From Octopus vulgaris (lineage: Eukaryota), in NCBI GenBank assembly GCA_951406725.2, contig OX597831.1, positions 7,750,001 through 7,814,000 of the forward strand: a DNA stretch of 64,000 bases, written 5' to 3'. Below are positions 1-13,851 of this stretch, in pieces (the first letter of the stretch is position 1; each line of letters opens with the position of its first letter). The notes under the pieces were generated by a model that was not told the origin of the DNA, did not search any database, and worked only from the letters and a program-made list of their open reading frames with translations. A program made the translations under genes and the position numbers.

Positions 1-474
1 TGCTGATGAAGATGATGCATCCACTTTCACATAAACCTACCCATTGCACTCGTCTCTTCTTCTTCATTTGACCACCCCTTCATAATAGACACACATGCTA
101 AGCACCCATTCATTCCACCTGTATTTTCCAGACTATTCCATTGCATCAACATCACCCAATTTCACCTCTTTTCCGGTTGAGGAAAAAAATTGATAAAAAG
201 TAACACAATTGAAAAATGAAAAAATAAAAGAACACTCGAGAAGAAAGAAGAAGAAGAATGGTGTCATTTTTAAAAGAATGAAAAAAAAAAATTGCCTGCA
301 TTTAATGTAGGACATTGTGAGAAATTGTAAAGCCATTGGACAATTACTTTATCACAATATAACACTATCAGAAAAAAAGTTGGTATTATGTTGTGACAAA
401 GCAGAAAGTCAGGTTCAGTGAGTGTCTTCAAGTTGGGTTAGAATGGAAAGAAAAACTAGAATTTTGTGTAGGAA

Positions 475-570
475 AGGTGGTGGTGGTGGTGGTGGTGGTG
501 GTGGTGGTGGTGGTGGTGGTGGTGGCGACGGTGGCTGGAGTGGGGGGGGGGGGTTGATGGTGGTGGTGAT
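475..570. repeat. (GGT)n microsatellite and G run
   Basis: Seen directly. Confidence 0.9.
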
Positions 571-3500
571 AATAACGAGGATAACTAAATTAACAATAAT
601 GTAATTCCGATTTTTATTTCATAAATTGATTTCATTTCAAGAAGTAGAAACAAAAAAAAAAAAAACAAAAGAGAAAATAATCCATTTTGTTTAAATTATT
701 GAAAGTTGCTAATTATTGGAAATTGATGAGAACATTGACATCCTTTCAATCAGAATACATATCCAGAAAAATCTGTTGTCATTTGTTTTCTTTCATCTCA
801 CACCCCTTTTCTACCCATCTCTTGATTATTCATCTCTTCACCAACTGGGTCTTCTTGGTGTCTTTTTTTTTTTTTTTGGAATATTGCAGTTACTCCTGCC
901 AATACCACAACTGGACCCCACCATCAACACCACCACCACGACCATCACCACCGCCGCTGCCTTCATCATTGCCATTATATTTTTGATACTATTATCTATG
1001 TCTAATGCATTTTTCTTTGAATCATTCCTTTGTATGGAGAAAATCACTTTGTTGTCAGGAAATGCAATCATTCACATGCTGTCCTTGGCATCTTAAGACA
1101 TTAACTCTTTACCTGGCATTCCCCACCTGACACACCCCACCCCCACCTGACACCCCCACCCCCACTCCCATCCCCCCACTCCCACCCCACAAATTGATTA
1201 AGTTTACCTGGAAGTCATCCACACCCACAATGACTGAGTCTCTACCTGGATTCTTCCACTCGTACACCATACATTGATTAAGTTTCTACCTGGCTTCACA
1301 CAGACATTCATTCTCTACCTACTTCATCATCATCATCAGCAGCAGCAGCATTCTCTCGCCCATCATAATTTAACATCCACTTTTCTCTGCTTGCATGGAT
1401 CAGACAATTTGTTGAGGTAAATTGTTTATAGCTTCCTATCACTAATTCTCACCTGTTTCCTGGCAAAGTAATATTTCCCTGTGGACAGAGATGGTCTTTC
1501 ATGGAAGACTGGAAACAGACAACATTGCTTGTATGATGATGATGATGATGATGATGTTCATTTATAACCATCACATGATTTCAGGACAAGGGTACATGCA
1601 TGCACACACACACACACACAGAAGATGGGCTTTTTTTCTATGCACAAGGCTTTGGTTGACCTTAGGCTGTAGTAGGGCTCACTTATCCAAAATGCCACAC
1701 AATGTGATTGAAACCAAGACTATATGGTTCGGAAGCAAGCTTCTTAACCACACAGCCATGCCCGCACCTATCTATGTCTGCAACTACACCTTCATGCAAA
1801 TTACATTTCCCTCCAGAATCTCTTAGACACACACAGACACACACACACACACACATACACACTGGTTAAATCTCTTCCTGATATCCGCAACTAAATGCAC
1901 TCACATTGCTCATGACCCGAAATTAGATTCTATTTAGATTGATTGTGTTCAATTCTTCCTAAAATCCATGGACTTCATGCTCTCTCTTTGTTGTGTCAAT
2001 ATCATTGATGTGCTTTCGGGTGGTGAGCTGACAGAATCATTTGCATGCCGGGCAAAATGCCTAGCAGTATTTCGTCTACCATTACATTCTGAGTTACATT
2101 ACATTCCACCAATATCAACTTTGCCCTTCATTCTTTCGGGGTCAATTAAATAAGTACCAGTTACACACTGGGGTCAATGTAATTGACTTAATCCCTTTCT
2201 TTGTCCTCTCTATATTTAGCCCCCTGTAGGCAATAAAGAAATATATATTTTATTCCATTCTGAGGTGGCGAGCTGGCAGAAATGTTAGCACGTATTTCAT
2301 CTGCCATTATATTCTGAGTTCAAATTCCGCTGAGGTCGACTTTACCCTTCATTCTTTTGGGGTCGATTAAATAAGTACCAGTTATGCACTGGGTTGATGT
2401 AATTGACTTAATCCCTTTGTCCTTGTTTGTCCCCTCTATATTTACCTCTCTGTGGGCAATAGAGAAATAAATATCATTAATGTGGTTCACCTGTGAGTTC
2501 AGTGTCGGTCTGTTAGAGATGGTCCTGCACCCCTTTTTGATTGCATGGCTTTATTAAGGCACCTTACATGTTTATTAGAATTTTTCAAGAAATAGCAGTC
2601 AAACCTCATATAAATCTTACCTCACTGTCTTAAAGACGATAATAGTGCTGGTAGCATGTAAAAAGCACCATTCGAGCATGGTCGGTGCCAGTGCTTCCTG
2701 ACTGGCTCCTGTGCCAGTGGTACGTAAAAATCACCCACTACACTCTCAGAGTGGTTGGCATTAGGAATGGCATCCGGCTGTAGAAACCTTCGCAGATAAG
2801 ATTGGAGCCTGGTACAGCCTTCTGGCTTGCCAGTCCTCAGTCAAACCATCCAACCCATGCCAGCATGGCAAGTGGACGTTAAACCATGATGATGATGATG
2901 ATGAATGTAATTTCAGATTCATGATGCCAACCATGTGGTCACAAGTTCAATCTCACTGCATGTCACCTCAGGGAGGTGTCCTTTACTATAGCCTAGGGCA
3001 ACCAAAGCCTTGTCAGTGGATTTGATGAATAGAAACTGAAAGATGTTTCTTGTATATATTTATGTATATATGTGTGTGTGTGTTATGCTCTTTGTACTCT
3101 TTCTAGGCATCACCTGTTGGCTGTAAACGAGCATCTTCGTAATACTAGCATGGTTGTTCTTCATTTCCAGTCTTCCTTGAGAAACATGTCTGGCCATGGG
3201 GAAATATTCTCTTGTTTGGAAACAGGTGAGGACTGGTGACAGGAAGGGCATCCAGCCACAGAAAACCTGCCTCAACAAATTCGGTCTGACTCATGCACAC
3301 ATGGAAAAGGAGATGTTAAATGATGATTATGATGATGATGATGCCTGTTGGAGTGTCAAAATAGCAGGATGGTCATTGCTCAGTCAAGGAAGGCTTGAGT
3401 CAAAAAATCAACAGCAACACATGCTTGCTCTAACAACTTTACCACTATGCTCTGTATAAATATAGAAAAGACTGGATGGTCACAGTTGGAACAACTTTGA

Positions 3501-4959
3501 TCTTTGGTCTACTCATACAAGCTTGACTTGAGGTTAATTAACAACAAACTTATTTCACGCCCTGTATTCTAGTTTTAGTGAGATGTCTGTCTTTAATGTT
3601 CCACATTTCTTCATAACCATTGTAGGAGTCAGGTGAGTGAGGGTGTCTCTAAGTGGTAGCTCAATCTGCTAGAAATAAAAACCAAGTCTTCTTAAACTCT
3701 CTCATATTAAAAAAGAAATACATTAGATAATGCGGAGCTAGGTTTTCTGCACATAGTTAAAAAGGTGGGATGTTTTTAATCATCAATCTTATTTCTTTAT
3801 TGCCCACAAGGGGCTAAACATAGAGGGGACAAACAAGGACAGACAAAAGGATTAAGTTGGTTACATCGACCCCAGTGTGTAACTGGTACTTAATTTATTA
3901 ACCCTGAAAGGATGAAAGGCAAAGTTGATCTCAGCGGAATTTGAACTCAGAACGTAATGACAAAGGAAATACCTATTTCTTTACAACCCACAAGGGGCTA
4001 AACACAGAGGGGATAAACAGGGACAGACAAACGGATTAAGTCGATTACATCGACCCCAATGCGTAACTGGTACTTAATTTATCAACCCCGAAAGGATGAA
4101 AGGCAAAGTCGACCTTGGTGGAATTTGAACTCAGAACATAATGACAAACGAAATACCGCTTAGCATTTCGCCTGGCATGCTAACATTTCTGCCAGCTTGC
4201 TGCCTTCTTTAATCATCAATCTGCTCAATCAAAGGTTAACTAAGGTTAAACGACAACAACAACAACTGCAACAACATCGGCAACCATTGTATTAGTTGTT
4301 GTGATTATTATTGAATTAGCTTTTGAGAAGAGTTTTTGCAAACAGCCAGTTGCCTTCTTCATTGGGTTTCATTTACAAAACCAGCAATGTTTACGTATTT
4401 CTTGATTTATTATTATCATTTGAACGGTCGATTCTACTTTTACTCAGTCTTCCACTTAATGAGCTTCCCAGCATGTTGCCCAGTGCATTGAGACAGAGTT
4501 CTGTAATGTTCTCAGCTCACACCGTTTCTTAATCTCCATTGCCAATTCTTCAGCTGAATTTATTTAACACAAACTTTTTCTCTTTCGTCAAAATGTCTGA
4601 CTTAAAAGCCCCATGCATACTTTCAAATGAGAAATATATTGTTCTCTTTCCTATTGCAAATGACTAACAATTTACAATAATACAACAAGCTGAAATTTTT
4701 AACCTTTCTGATACCAACCTGCCTGAAACTGCCTCTTATTATATTATACAGAATTTTCAATTTTAAACTGTTCGTATTTAAATTAAAAATAGGCAGTTAT
4801 AGTTTATGTAAGAACCCATTGTTAAGTTAGCTTCCAAATATTAGATGAATAATGAATAATGAATAATAACTTTACAAAAGTTTCTTCAAATTCTTGATAT
4901 TTTAAAAATGTTGACCCAATTTATATTCATTGTATTAATTGCATATATAACATATATAC

Positions 4960-5368
4960 TCTTACTCTTTTACTCTTTTACTTGTTTCAGTCATTTGACT
5001 GCGGCCATGCTGGAGCACCGCCTTTAGTCGAGCAAATCGACTTATTCTTTGTAAGCCCAGTACTTATTCTATCGGTCTCTTTTGCCGAACCGCTAAGTGA
5101 CGGGGACGTAAACACACCAGCATCGGTTGTCAAGCAATGCTAGGGGGACAAACACAGACACACAAACATATACACACACACCTATATATATATATACATA
5201 TATACGATAGGCTTCTTTCAGTTTCCGTCTACCAAATCCACTCACAAGGCATTGGTCGGCCCGGGGCTATAGCAGAAGACACTTGCCCAAGGTGCCACGC
5301 AGTGGGACTGAACCCGGAACCATGTGGTTGGTTAGCAAGCTACTTACCACACAGCCACTCCTGCGCCT
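4960..5368 (-). mobile_element. tRNA-derived CORE-type SINE (octopus OR-like), full length
   Basis: Head ggcgcaggagtggctgtgtggtaag..ggttccgggttcagtccc (A/B boxes), CORE-like gcaccttgggcaagtg, central (TG/TA)n and (GAGTAAAA)n tail. Near-identical copies at 7481-7885 and 18055-18469. Confidence 0.85.
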
Positions 5369-7480
5369 ATGTATATGATACATATATAATACAAAACCAC
5401 ATTAAAATACAAATCCAAAACTGAAGATTACACAATCATGAGCAAAGAGCGAGAATAAAAAGAAGTAAAAAATGGAGCAAAGAGGAGAAGAAAGAAAGAA
5501 AAGACATCAATTCAACACCAAATGCCTCAGTTGGTCACTTACCACAAGGTTCAATGGAACCTACTGAAGCAGGCCAGCATGCTTGCAGTATTACCACAGG
5601 TGATGACGAGGCTAAGGCATCAGAACAGCCAAGCACCTGTAAGGGCATCACCCGACTCCTCTTGATTGTTTTCAAAATTAATTGAAACATTTGAAATATG
5701 ATTATAAAAAGGTTAAATGTTCTACTTAAGGAGGTGCAAAAGCCTCACCAAAACCCTGAAATATCCCTTTCTTGAATGAAGAACCTTAAAAATGCACCAT
5801 CTCAACTTCCTAGTGAGATTTATTTTATGGGTTCCAAAACACCAACCCATTCTTAGTGAATTACCAATATGGTTGTTTCAAATTTGTCTGCTGATAAGAA
5901 ATTTTCAGTTGTGAGGAATCGGTTGAAAAATATCTCAATCTTCTCAAAACAAACATCTCAGTATTCATGTAGAGAACTCAAGAAACATGATTTTATCTGG
6001 CCTACAAGAACCACACAAAGTAAGGCTCAGTCTAGCATCAACAGGAGAGAGAGGGACAATGGGTTTACTTTCCACTTAATATCATTGCTGTGGTTAACAC
6101 ACACACACACACACACACTTTTTCTTGTCAAAGTTTACATTCTGCCAAAGTGCATACATATAAACACACACACACACATACACTGTGTGTGTGTGTGTGT
6201 GTGGTTAAGAAGCTTGCTTCCCAGCCATGTTTTCCAGTTCAATCCCACTACTTGGCTCCTTGGGCAAGTGCTTTCTACTATAGCCTTGGGCCAGCCAAAA
6301 CCTTGTGAGTGGATTTCATAGATGGAAACTGAAAGAAGCCTGCCATATATGCTATTGATGCTATTGTATGTCTGTCTTAACTGTACATCCATGTCTTGTA
6401 CTCATGTGTCCATGTGTATGCATAAGTAATCAATCATCATCATCATCATCATCATCCACACTTTGATGTGCACTTTGCTATAACGGCATGGATGGGGCAA
6501 ATATGTCCCTACACATAGTGTTTCCATTTGACTTTAGTGAGGCTCAGAATCCTGCAATCAAATTTCACCACTTCTGTCTACATCTTCCTTGATATTTCTC
6601 TTCCGTATGACCCTTCTACTTGCATCATTTACCCGACTCTCATTTTTCATACGCACCACATCTTCATTAATGCAGTCTTCTGCACTGATATCTCTAAAAT
6701 GCAGTTTATAGCTGATAGCACTAAAATCTAGTTTGGTTTTCCGGCGGCCCCTTGTGCTCCTTCACTGATGCATGCTGATGTGAAGCAGTCAGTGGAGCAT
6801 GACCATTTTCTTTCCTTTTTGCCATCCAGAAAATCGTTATTCGAAATAAATAATGAAAGAAATCATTGATGTCATTGAATAAAACAAACCTCCATCACTT
6901 TCAGCAATCAGTGTTCCTGTTGTTTGATCAACCAAACTGTCTGGTTATTGAATCAAGTGGTTGAATACCCCACAGACACATGTACCCTTCATTCTCTGCC
7001 ATAATCAGTACCATGCAGTGTATGACAAAGTTGGGCCTTTGAATAAATGGTACAGTCTATCCGTTAGGCTGCCACAGTTTGTTTGCCCAAATTCACTCAC
7101 AACACTTGGGTTGATACCAGTCTGTGGTTAAAAACTCTTGTTCAAAGTGCCACACACTTGGATTGAACCCAGAACCAAATAGCTGCAAAGGAAACTTTTT
7201 ATCTACTCAGCCATATTAACATCAAGGACATACCATATTGATGGCATAGAAGACACCCATTTTTTCCCCTTAAAATCTCTCAGAAAATCACTCCAGATCC
7301 TTTATGTGAAGTTGCTTTTAATATTCCATGCTTTAGTCTATTGAGAACTTATTTCCCTAAATATCTGCTGCTGAAATTGCAGTGCATCTAATGTCCCTGT
7401 GCATCTTTTATGCTAAAACAAATACAGTAACTCTATAAATCTGTAACTTCTCTTGGAAATGTTAAAATAAATGCTATCAT

Positions 7481-7885
7481 TTACTCTTTTTACTCTTTTA
7501 TTTGTTTCAGTCATTTGACTGCGGCCATGCTGGAGCACCGCTTTTAGTCGAGCAAATCAACTCCAGGACTTATTCTTTGTAAGCCTAGTACTTATTCTAT
7601 CGGTCTCTTTTACCGAACTGCTAAGTTACGGGAATGTAAACACACCAGCATCGGTTGTCAAGCGATGTTGGGGGGACAAACACAGACACACAAACACACA
7701 CACATATATATATACATATATACGATGGACTTCTTTCAGTTTCCGTCTACCAAATCCACTCACAAGGCTTTGGTCGGCCCGAGGCTATAGTAGAAGACAC
7801 TTGTCCAAGGTGCCACGCAGTGGGACTGAACCTGGAACCATGTGGTTGGTAAGCAAGCTACTTACCACACAGCCACTCCTGCACC
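7481..7885 (-). mobile_element. CORE-type SINE, full length
   Basis: Near-identical to 4960-5368. Confidence 0.85.
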
Positions 7886-10339
7886 ATTTGAATGCATTTT
7901 AAAGAAAAACAACTGAGCATTTGTTGTTGATGTAATTCCACATTGATAGTAGAGTGAAATCTATAGTGAAAACGGGGCTATTGGCTTGTTCAGCCTATTG
8001 AGCAAGCTGACACGTAAAAATTTGAAGTTCCAGTCAACTTGATCTACACAATAACATTTCTTGGTTGAATATATTGATTTCAAATTTTGGCACAAGGCCA
8101 GTAATTTCAGAGGAAGGAGTTAGATGATTACATCAACCCCAGTGTTTGACTGGTACTTATTTTATTGCCCCCAAAATGATGAAAGGCAAAGTCGGCCTTA
8201 ACGGAATTTGAACTCAGAATGTAAAAATGGATGAAATGCCACTCACCATTTTGCTGGTGTGTGGAATATACTTGGAATATATTGCTGACATCTTTTGATT
8301 GAAACAATGCCAGAAGCTGTCCCATGTTTTGTTTCTTTATACAATTAGAAATAGATTAGAGTAGACAACTTCCATTCTCAATTAATTAATAAAGAGAGAG
8401 AACATTTTTAAGGATGTTCAGCACTTGGAAGAAACAGTCCTTTTATAAATTGGAATTTCATTCCAAGAAATGGTTCTTAGAAAGAAACAGTTCCTGGCCC
8501 ATCCTGATACTCTCTTGGAACATATTTGCATAAAATCTTTGTTTTGTGATATTTTACTCCCCGCACCAGGGAAATGTAGAATATGTACAAGTTACAAAAT
8601 GAGTACGCTTTTAGAGTACCATAGAAGGTACTTGGTACATTATTTGTATTTCTAAGCACTGGAAAGCTTCTGTAGAAGGGGTTGTAATAAAAGACACTTG
8701 CCCAGGTACTGTGCGGTGGGACTGAACTCAAAACCACATGTTTGCAAAGTGAGTGTCTTCACCACATGACAGGCCTGTGCCAAGACATATAAAGGTCAAT
8801 AAAATAAATACCAGGCTTGAAACTACGTGCTGTGGTGGATATGTTTAACTGAATTCTTGAAGATTGTACTCCAGCATGGCCACAGTTCTGTGACTAAAAC
8901 AAGAAAAAGAATAAAAAAATAGACATAGGATTGTATTTTGTTGTTGTTGTTGTTGTTTAGCCCAAGGCCAAACCTGATCCAGTAGTCTTATGATCAAAGT
9001 CATCTTAGCTGTGACCATCATGTCATGTTTAGATCTAGAACTATATTATCCAGTGTTTCTTTCCTTGTTTTCATTGTTTTAAATTGAGTAGATTTGAGGA
9101 AGTTTGACTGATATTTCTAGCATTTTAAGTGACCATGGAGAGAGTCCCTCATTGGCTCATGTTTTCTTTTTGTTTTTGTTTAGTCGTAAGAGCATAGACA
9201 CGAAGGTAATGAAACTTTTATTGTAAATAAACGAATGCCTTCTGTGCATCTGTACAAATGTTTTATTTTTTTTATTGAAGTAATCATGAATGAGATTATA
9301 GTTCAGTAATTTTATATCTTGCTTTAATTATCGAGTTTTCTCCACATTTCACAATGCCTCAGGCAAACTACAACTCTTTCCTATTATAATTTTTTTGCTT
9401 AAAAAGTATTTGCATCAACATCTGTACAACTTGTTATCCTCATTTTGCTGCTTTTGAGCTGAAGCATATTTATTTTCTATAAGATTGTTTATTGTCTTCA
9501 TGGTTAACGACCCTTAATTAAGGTCACTGATAAATATAAAAGCAGCAGCTTATTTACGATTCCTTAACCCTATAGCATTCAGATTAATCAGCGAAATGTT
9601 ATGCTTATTGATTCACATTGTTCTGAATTAACCATGTGGATGTATCATTTTAGAAATGGCATTGTAGGATTGGTGTGAGAGGCTGCAGTAGAAGACACTT
9701 GCCCAAGGTGCCACGCAGTGGGACTGAACCCGGAACCATGTGGTTGGTAAGCAAGTTACTTACCACACAGCCACTCCAGGGAAAAGACTTGTATAACTCA
9801 TTTACTCCATAGAACTATCAACTGACTGCGTCAGCATATTGTCTGGTCCACCACGTATGTTACCCAATACTTATATGGTACTCGGTGAATATATAACAAT
9901 GCACCTTGCCATGAAATTAACACCACCGTCCTTCTGGCATCTTGTTAACAACACCTGAACAAAAAAGGAATGAAAATAACTGTCACTTTCAGAAAATCTC
10001 AAGAAGACTTGGGTTAAACAATATATGTGTAAGCACCTAGAAGGTATTTTGAATTCCTTTTAAATCCTTAGAATATTTGAGCCAGAAACGGCTGGTTTGA
10101 ATGTGAAAGGGTTAAACTTGTTTGTTACTATATTTCTGTTGGTACACCCTGCTTTTGTTTCAATCAATTTTGGAAATAACAAAGAATTTAATAAGATAAC
10201 TTTGTCATTATTCACCTGGTGTTTGGAATTTAAATCAACATGGAATTTTGATTGAAGATTTTGGTTTTGAATCAGTTGCAAGCTTGTATCAAAGATTCAA
10301 GGGCAGTTTTGAGCGAGTTGGAATCAAGAGACTTAAGCA

Positions 10340-10409
<70 letters not shown>

Positions 10410-12451
10410 ACACCTTTGTCTTCATATCACATGATGGTTGTAAAAATGAAAATTGCTGACATAGAAGTGAGGTTGTTTGCTTCCAGTCTTCTGTGAAAAA
10501 CATGTCTGGTCCGGTGAAAATATTTCCTTGTTTGGAAACAGGTGAGGGTTGGTGACAGGAAGGGAATCCAACCATAGAATATTTTCCATAATGAATTCCA
10601 TCTAACCCATGCAAGTGTGGAAAAGTGGATGTTAAACGATGATATATGTGTAAGGAGGCAAGATTATTTGAGTGACTATATCTTTCTTTTTGTCACACAC
10701 ACACACACAGTACACACACATACACATGCATGCATATGCACACTTGTGTGTTTGTGCATGCGAGTGTATGTGTTTGCTGTGTGTTAAGAACCATAACATA
10801 TCTATTGCAAAACAATCAATAAGCCCTCGTGTGTGTGTGTGTGTTTGTAAGTCTGTGTGTGTGTGCGTGTGTGTGTGTGTGTAATTGTTAATAGTTAATA
10901 AATACCAATGTTTTTTTTTCTCAGCCTTTCTTTATGTGTGCTTTTATTCAAAAAGACTTGTCTTGGATTGTAGATATGAAATGACAAGGAATCAAATAGT
11001 TTGTTTCAGTAATAGGAATCCTTGTTTATATATAGAACAGAGTCACTAAAATGATTAAGTTATTTATAGTTAGTGTTGGAGTATATTGCTGAGGAAATAT
11101 ATTATTGAAAACAGGGCTGCTGTGATATAAGAACAATATTTATATTTCCTCTGGTGGAGATTTCCATCATTAAATATCAATCTCTTCCCCTCCCTGTGTC
11201 TTTTCGTTACAATATTTGTACAATTAGTCTCTGTCTATTAATTTATCTAATGAAGAAAACATCTTTTAAAATTTCAAAATGTGCTGATGCCTCTTCACCG
11301 CCATTTCCTCTCTTTCTTTTCCTACTTCGGTAACCATTTATCTCCTCCACAGCAAGACAACTGTTCCTGTCTCCCTATCATTCTATAACCTCTCATCACC
11401 TGGCATAAAAAAAGCATCCCCCTCAATTTTACTCCTCATCCCAGCTGAAGGGTCTTTGTCTTGCAAGGATCTTGGTGACCTCACTAGTGCTGATATGGCA
11501 TATATTAAGTACCCAGGACACTCTGTAAAATGGTTGGCATTAGGAAGGACATCCAGTCATAGAAACCTGCCAATGCAGACATTGGCGCTTGGCACAGTCC
11601 TCTGGCTCACCAGTTCCCCTCAAACTGTCCAACTGATGCCAGCATGGAAAATGGACATTAAATGGTAATGGTTCTCTACATAAATTTGCATTTTGTCAAA
11701 GAGCCAGTACATACTTTTAAAACCCTTCAACTGGTTGCCCTTGCCATGCAGAAGACTCCATGATCGTCTGTGAGTAGTTTTTATTATTGGGACCTCAAAA
11801 TCACTTAATATTTGTGCTTTAAATATGCATGTCTTCTAAATAAATACCTGTATCATTTCCCCATCCCCTCACTTCTTCTTCCTCTATCCCCTTTTCTGTT
11901 CATTTGAGTGTCCCCTCTCTATCTTCTTCCCCTCTCTAGCCCCATCTCTTTGTATCATATTTAGACAAGTCCCTGTGATTTCTTTTTCTGTTTTTCACTC
12001 CTGACTGAAGCCATTCGCTATCACTCCATTTGCCTATGCTCTTGAGACATGCATTAATTGTATAGCTTCCCATTCCCCATTCCTGAAATCTTCATCAACT
12101 CTCTTCCAACTAACCAATGACTTATGTAAGAGACAGCTGTATAAGATAACAGTGTTTTCTCCCGCTTGTGCAAGTTCAGAACATTTGCTATATTAAGAGC
12201 CAAACTGTTGCAGTTGTTTCGCTTTTAGCTTTTAGCTCTTGTAAATTAAATTGTCTCCTACAAGAATTGGATAACTTTAAACACTTCATTTCTTTATCTC
12301 TGGTCTTGGTAAAGTGTTGGATTTAATTGATTCCAGTCCTTCACCTCACTCACTTAACTTCTCTACACCCTTTACTCAAAATTCAGGACTCTGTTAGATA
12401 CAAAACCATTAAAACATTGGATCAGATACCTTGTGGTATCTATTCTTGTTT

Positions 12452-12868
12452 AAGGTGGCGAGCTGGCAGAAATGTTAGCACGCCGAGCAAAATGCTTAGC
12501 AGTATTTCGTCTGCCGTTACTTTCTGAGTTCAAATTCCACTGAGGTCAACTTTGCTTTTCATCCTTTCGGGGTTGATTAAATAAGTACCAGTTACGCACT
12601 GGGGTCGATATAATCGACTTAATCCGTTTGTCTGTCCTTGTTTGTCCTCTCTGTTTTTAGCCGCTTGTGGGTAGTAAAGAAATAGGTATTTCGTCAATTT
12701 TTACGTTCTGAGGTCAAATTCCGCCGAGGTCGACTTTGCCTTTCATCCTTTCAGGGTCGATAAATTAAGTACCAGTTACGCTCTGGGATCAATGTAATCG
12801 ACTTAATCCCTTTGTCTGTCCTTGTTTGTCTCCTCTGTGTTTATCCCCTTGTGGGTAGTAAAGAAATA
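12452..12868 (+). mobile_element. tRNA-derived SINE family B, partial tandem dimer
   Basis: Head ggtggcgagctggcagaa..ttctgagttcaaattcc, central gcctttcatcctttcggggtcgataaattaagtaccag (resembles the Meta-SINE domain as recalled), tail ending aaagaaata, 17-bp TSD. Other copies at 2017-2469(+), 3790-4207(-), 25444-25675(+), 44543-44772(-), 50127-50358(-), 54037-54266(+), 56195-56410(+) and 59630-59829(-). Confidence 0.85.
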
Positions 12869-13237
12869 GGTATTTATTCTTGTTTGTTCCATTCTGTGTT
12901 CAAATTCCACCAAGGTCAGTTTTGCTTTTTATCTCTGGCAGGTTTGTTAAATAATACTTTGCAGGTTTTGTTGCAGTTCTTTACATTTTGAGTTCAAATC
13001 CTTATTGAGGAGAATTGGAAGAACTGGTGGAATGATAGACAAAATGCCTTGTGGTATTTAAGGGTTTACACTTTAGTCCTGAAATGAAATCACACTTTGG
13101 CCAACTTTGCCTCTGATTCTCCCAGAATTGATAAAATAACAACCAGTCATGTACTGGGGTTGATATAATCAGCTGTGCCCCCACACTGAACTTCTGGTTG
13201 AGTACTACATATGAAATCAATATTATTATCATTACGG

Positions 13238-13455
13238 AAGCAGCAACAGCAGCAGCAAATGGCAGCAGTGTGATGATGGTGGTGGTAGTAGTAGCAGCAG
13301 CTGCAGGGATGGCAGTGGTAGTGATGGAGTTGGTGGTGATAGTGGCGGTGGTGTTGGTGATGGTGATGGGGTTGGTAGTGGTGGTATTATTATTATTATT
13401 ATTATTAGTAGTAGTAGTAGTAGTATTTGTAGTAGTAGTAGTAGTGGTGGTATTT

Positions 13456-13488
<33 letters not shown>

Positions 13489-13560
13489 TTTGTAGTAGTA
13501 GTAGTAATAGTAATAGTAGTAGTATTTGTAGTAGTAGTAGTAGTAGTGGTATTTGTTGTG

Positions 13561-13599
<39 letters not shown>

Positions 13600-13602
13600 T
13601 TC

Positions 13603-13636
<34 letters not shown>

Positions 13637-13637
13637 A
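13238..13637. repeat. Compound (GCA/GTG/TTA/GTA)n microsatellite
   Basis: Seen directly; explains the poly-T and poly-V ORFs. Confidence 0.95.
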
Positions 13638-13771
13638 GTAAAGCTGATTGCTGAGTGGAGATACCTTATGGAATTTGTTCTGGAAATAATATTTCTCCCC
13701 TGATAAATAACTTTGTGTAAGTTCTGACAAATAAATTCTTACCTTTGTGTTTATTTGTGTTTCTTTTGCAG

Positions 13772-13851
13772 GAAGCTATGAATGATATTAACCAGTTTGA
13801 TAAGAAATTAGAAAGCGCTGCTGTAAGTCTAGACATCGACACGAAAGACAT
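13772..13851 (+). CDS. SPEF2: SPEF2-like coding exon (EAMNDINQFDKKLESAAVSLDIDTKD), phase 0 to 2
   Basis: Pyrimidine tract and ttgcag acceptor ending at 13771; GTATGT donor at 13852. The peptide resembles vertebrate SPEF2 'DVADEIKKFE...ESASKTSLD' as recalled. The split codon AT|C joins in frame to exon 26371. Confidence 0.7.

Noticed and set aside
13002-13730. 242-aa Thr-rich mucin-like ORF and opposite-strand poly-Val ORF
   Set aside because: They are translations of a (GTA)n microsatellite.
1-13771. Upstream SPEF2 exons (calponin-homology domain) or a second gene
   Set aside because: I recognised no exon with SPEF2 similarity or other convincing product. Short open stretches near 1-35 and 132-193 are unsupported. 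Small exons may have been missed.
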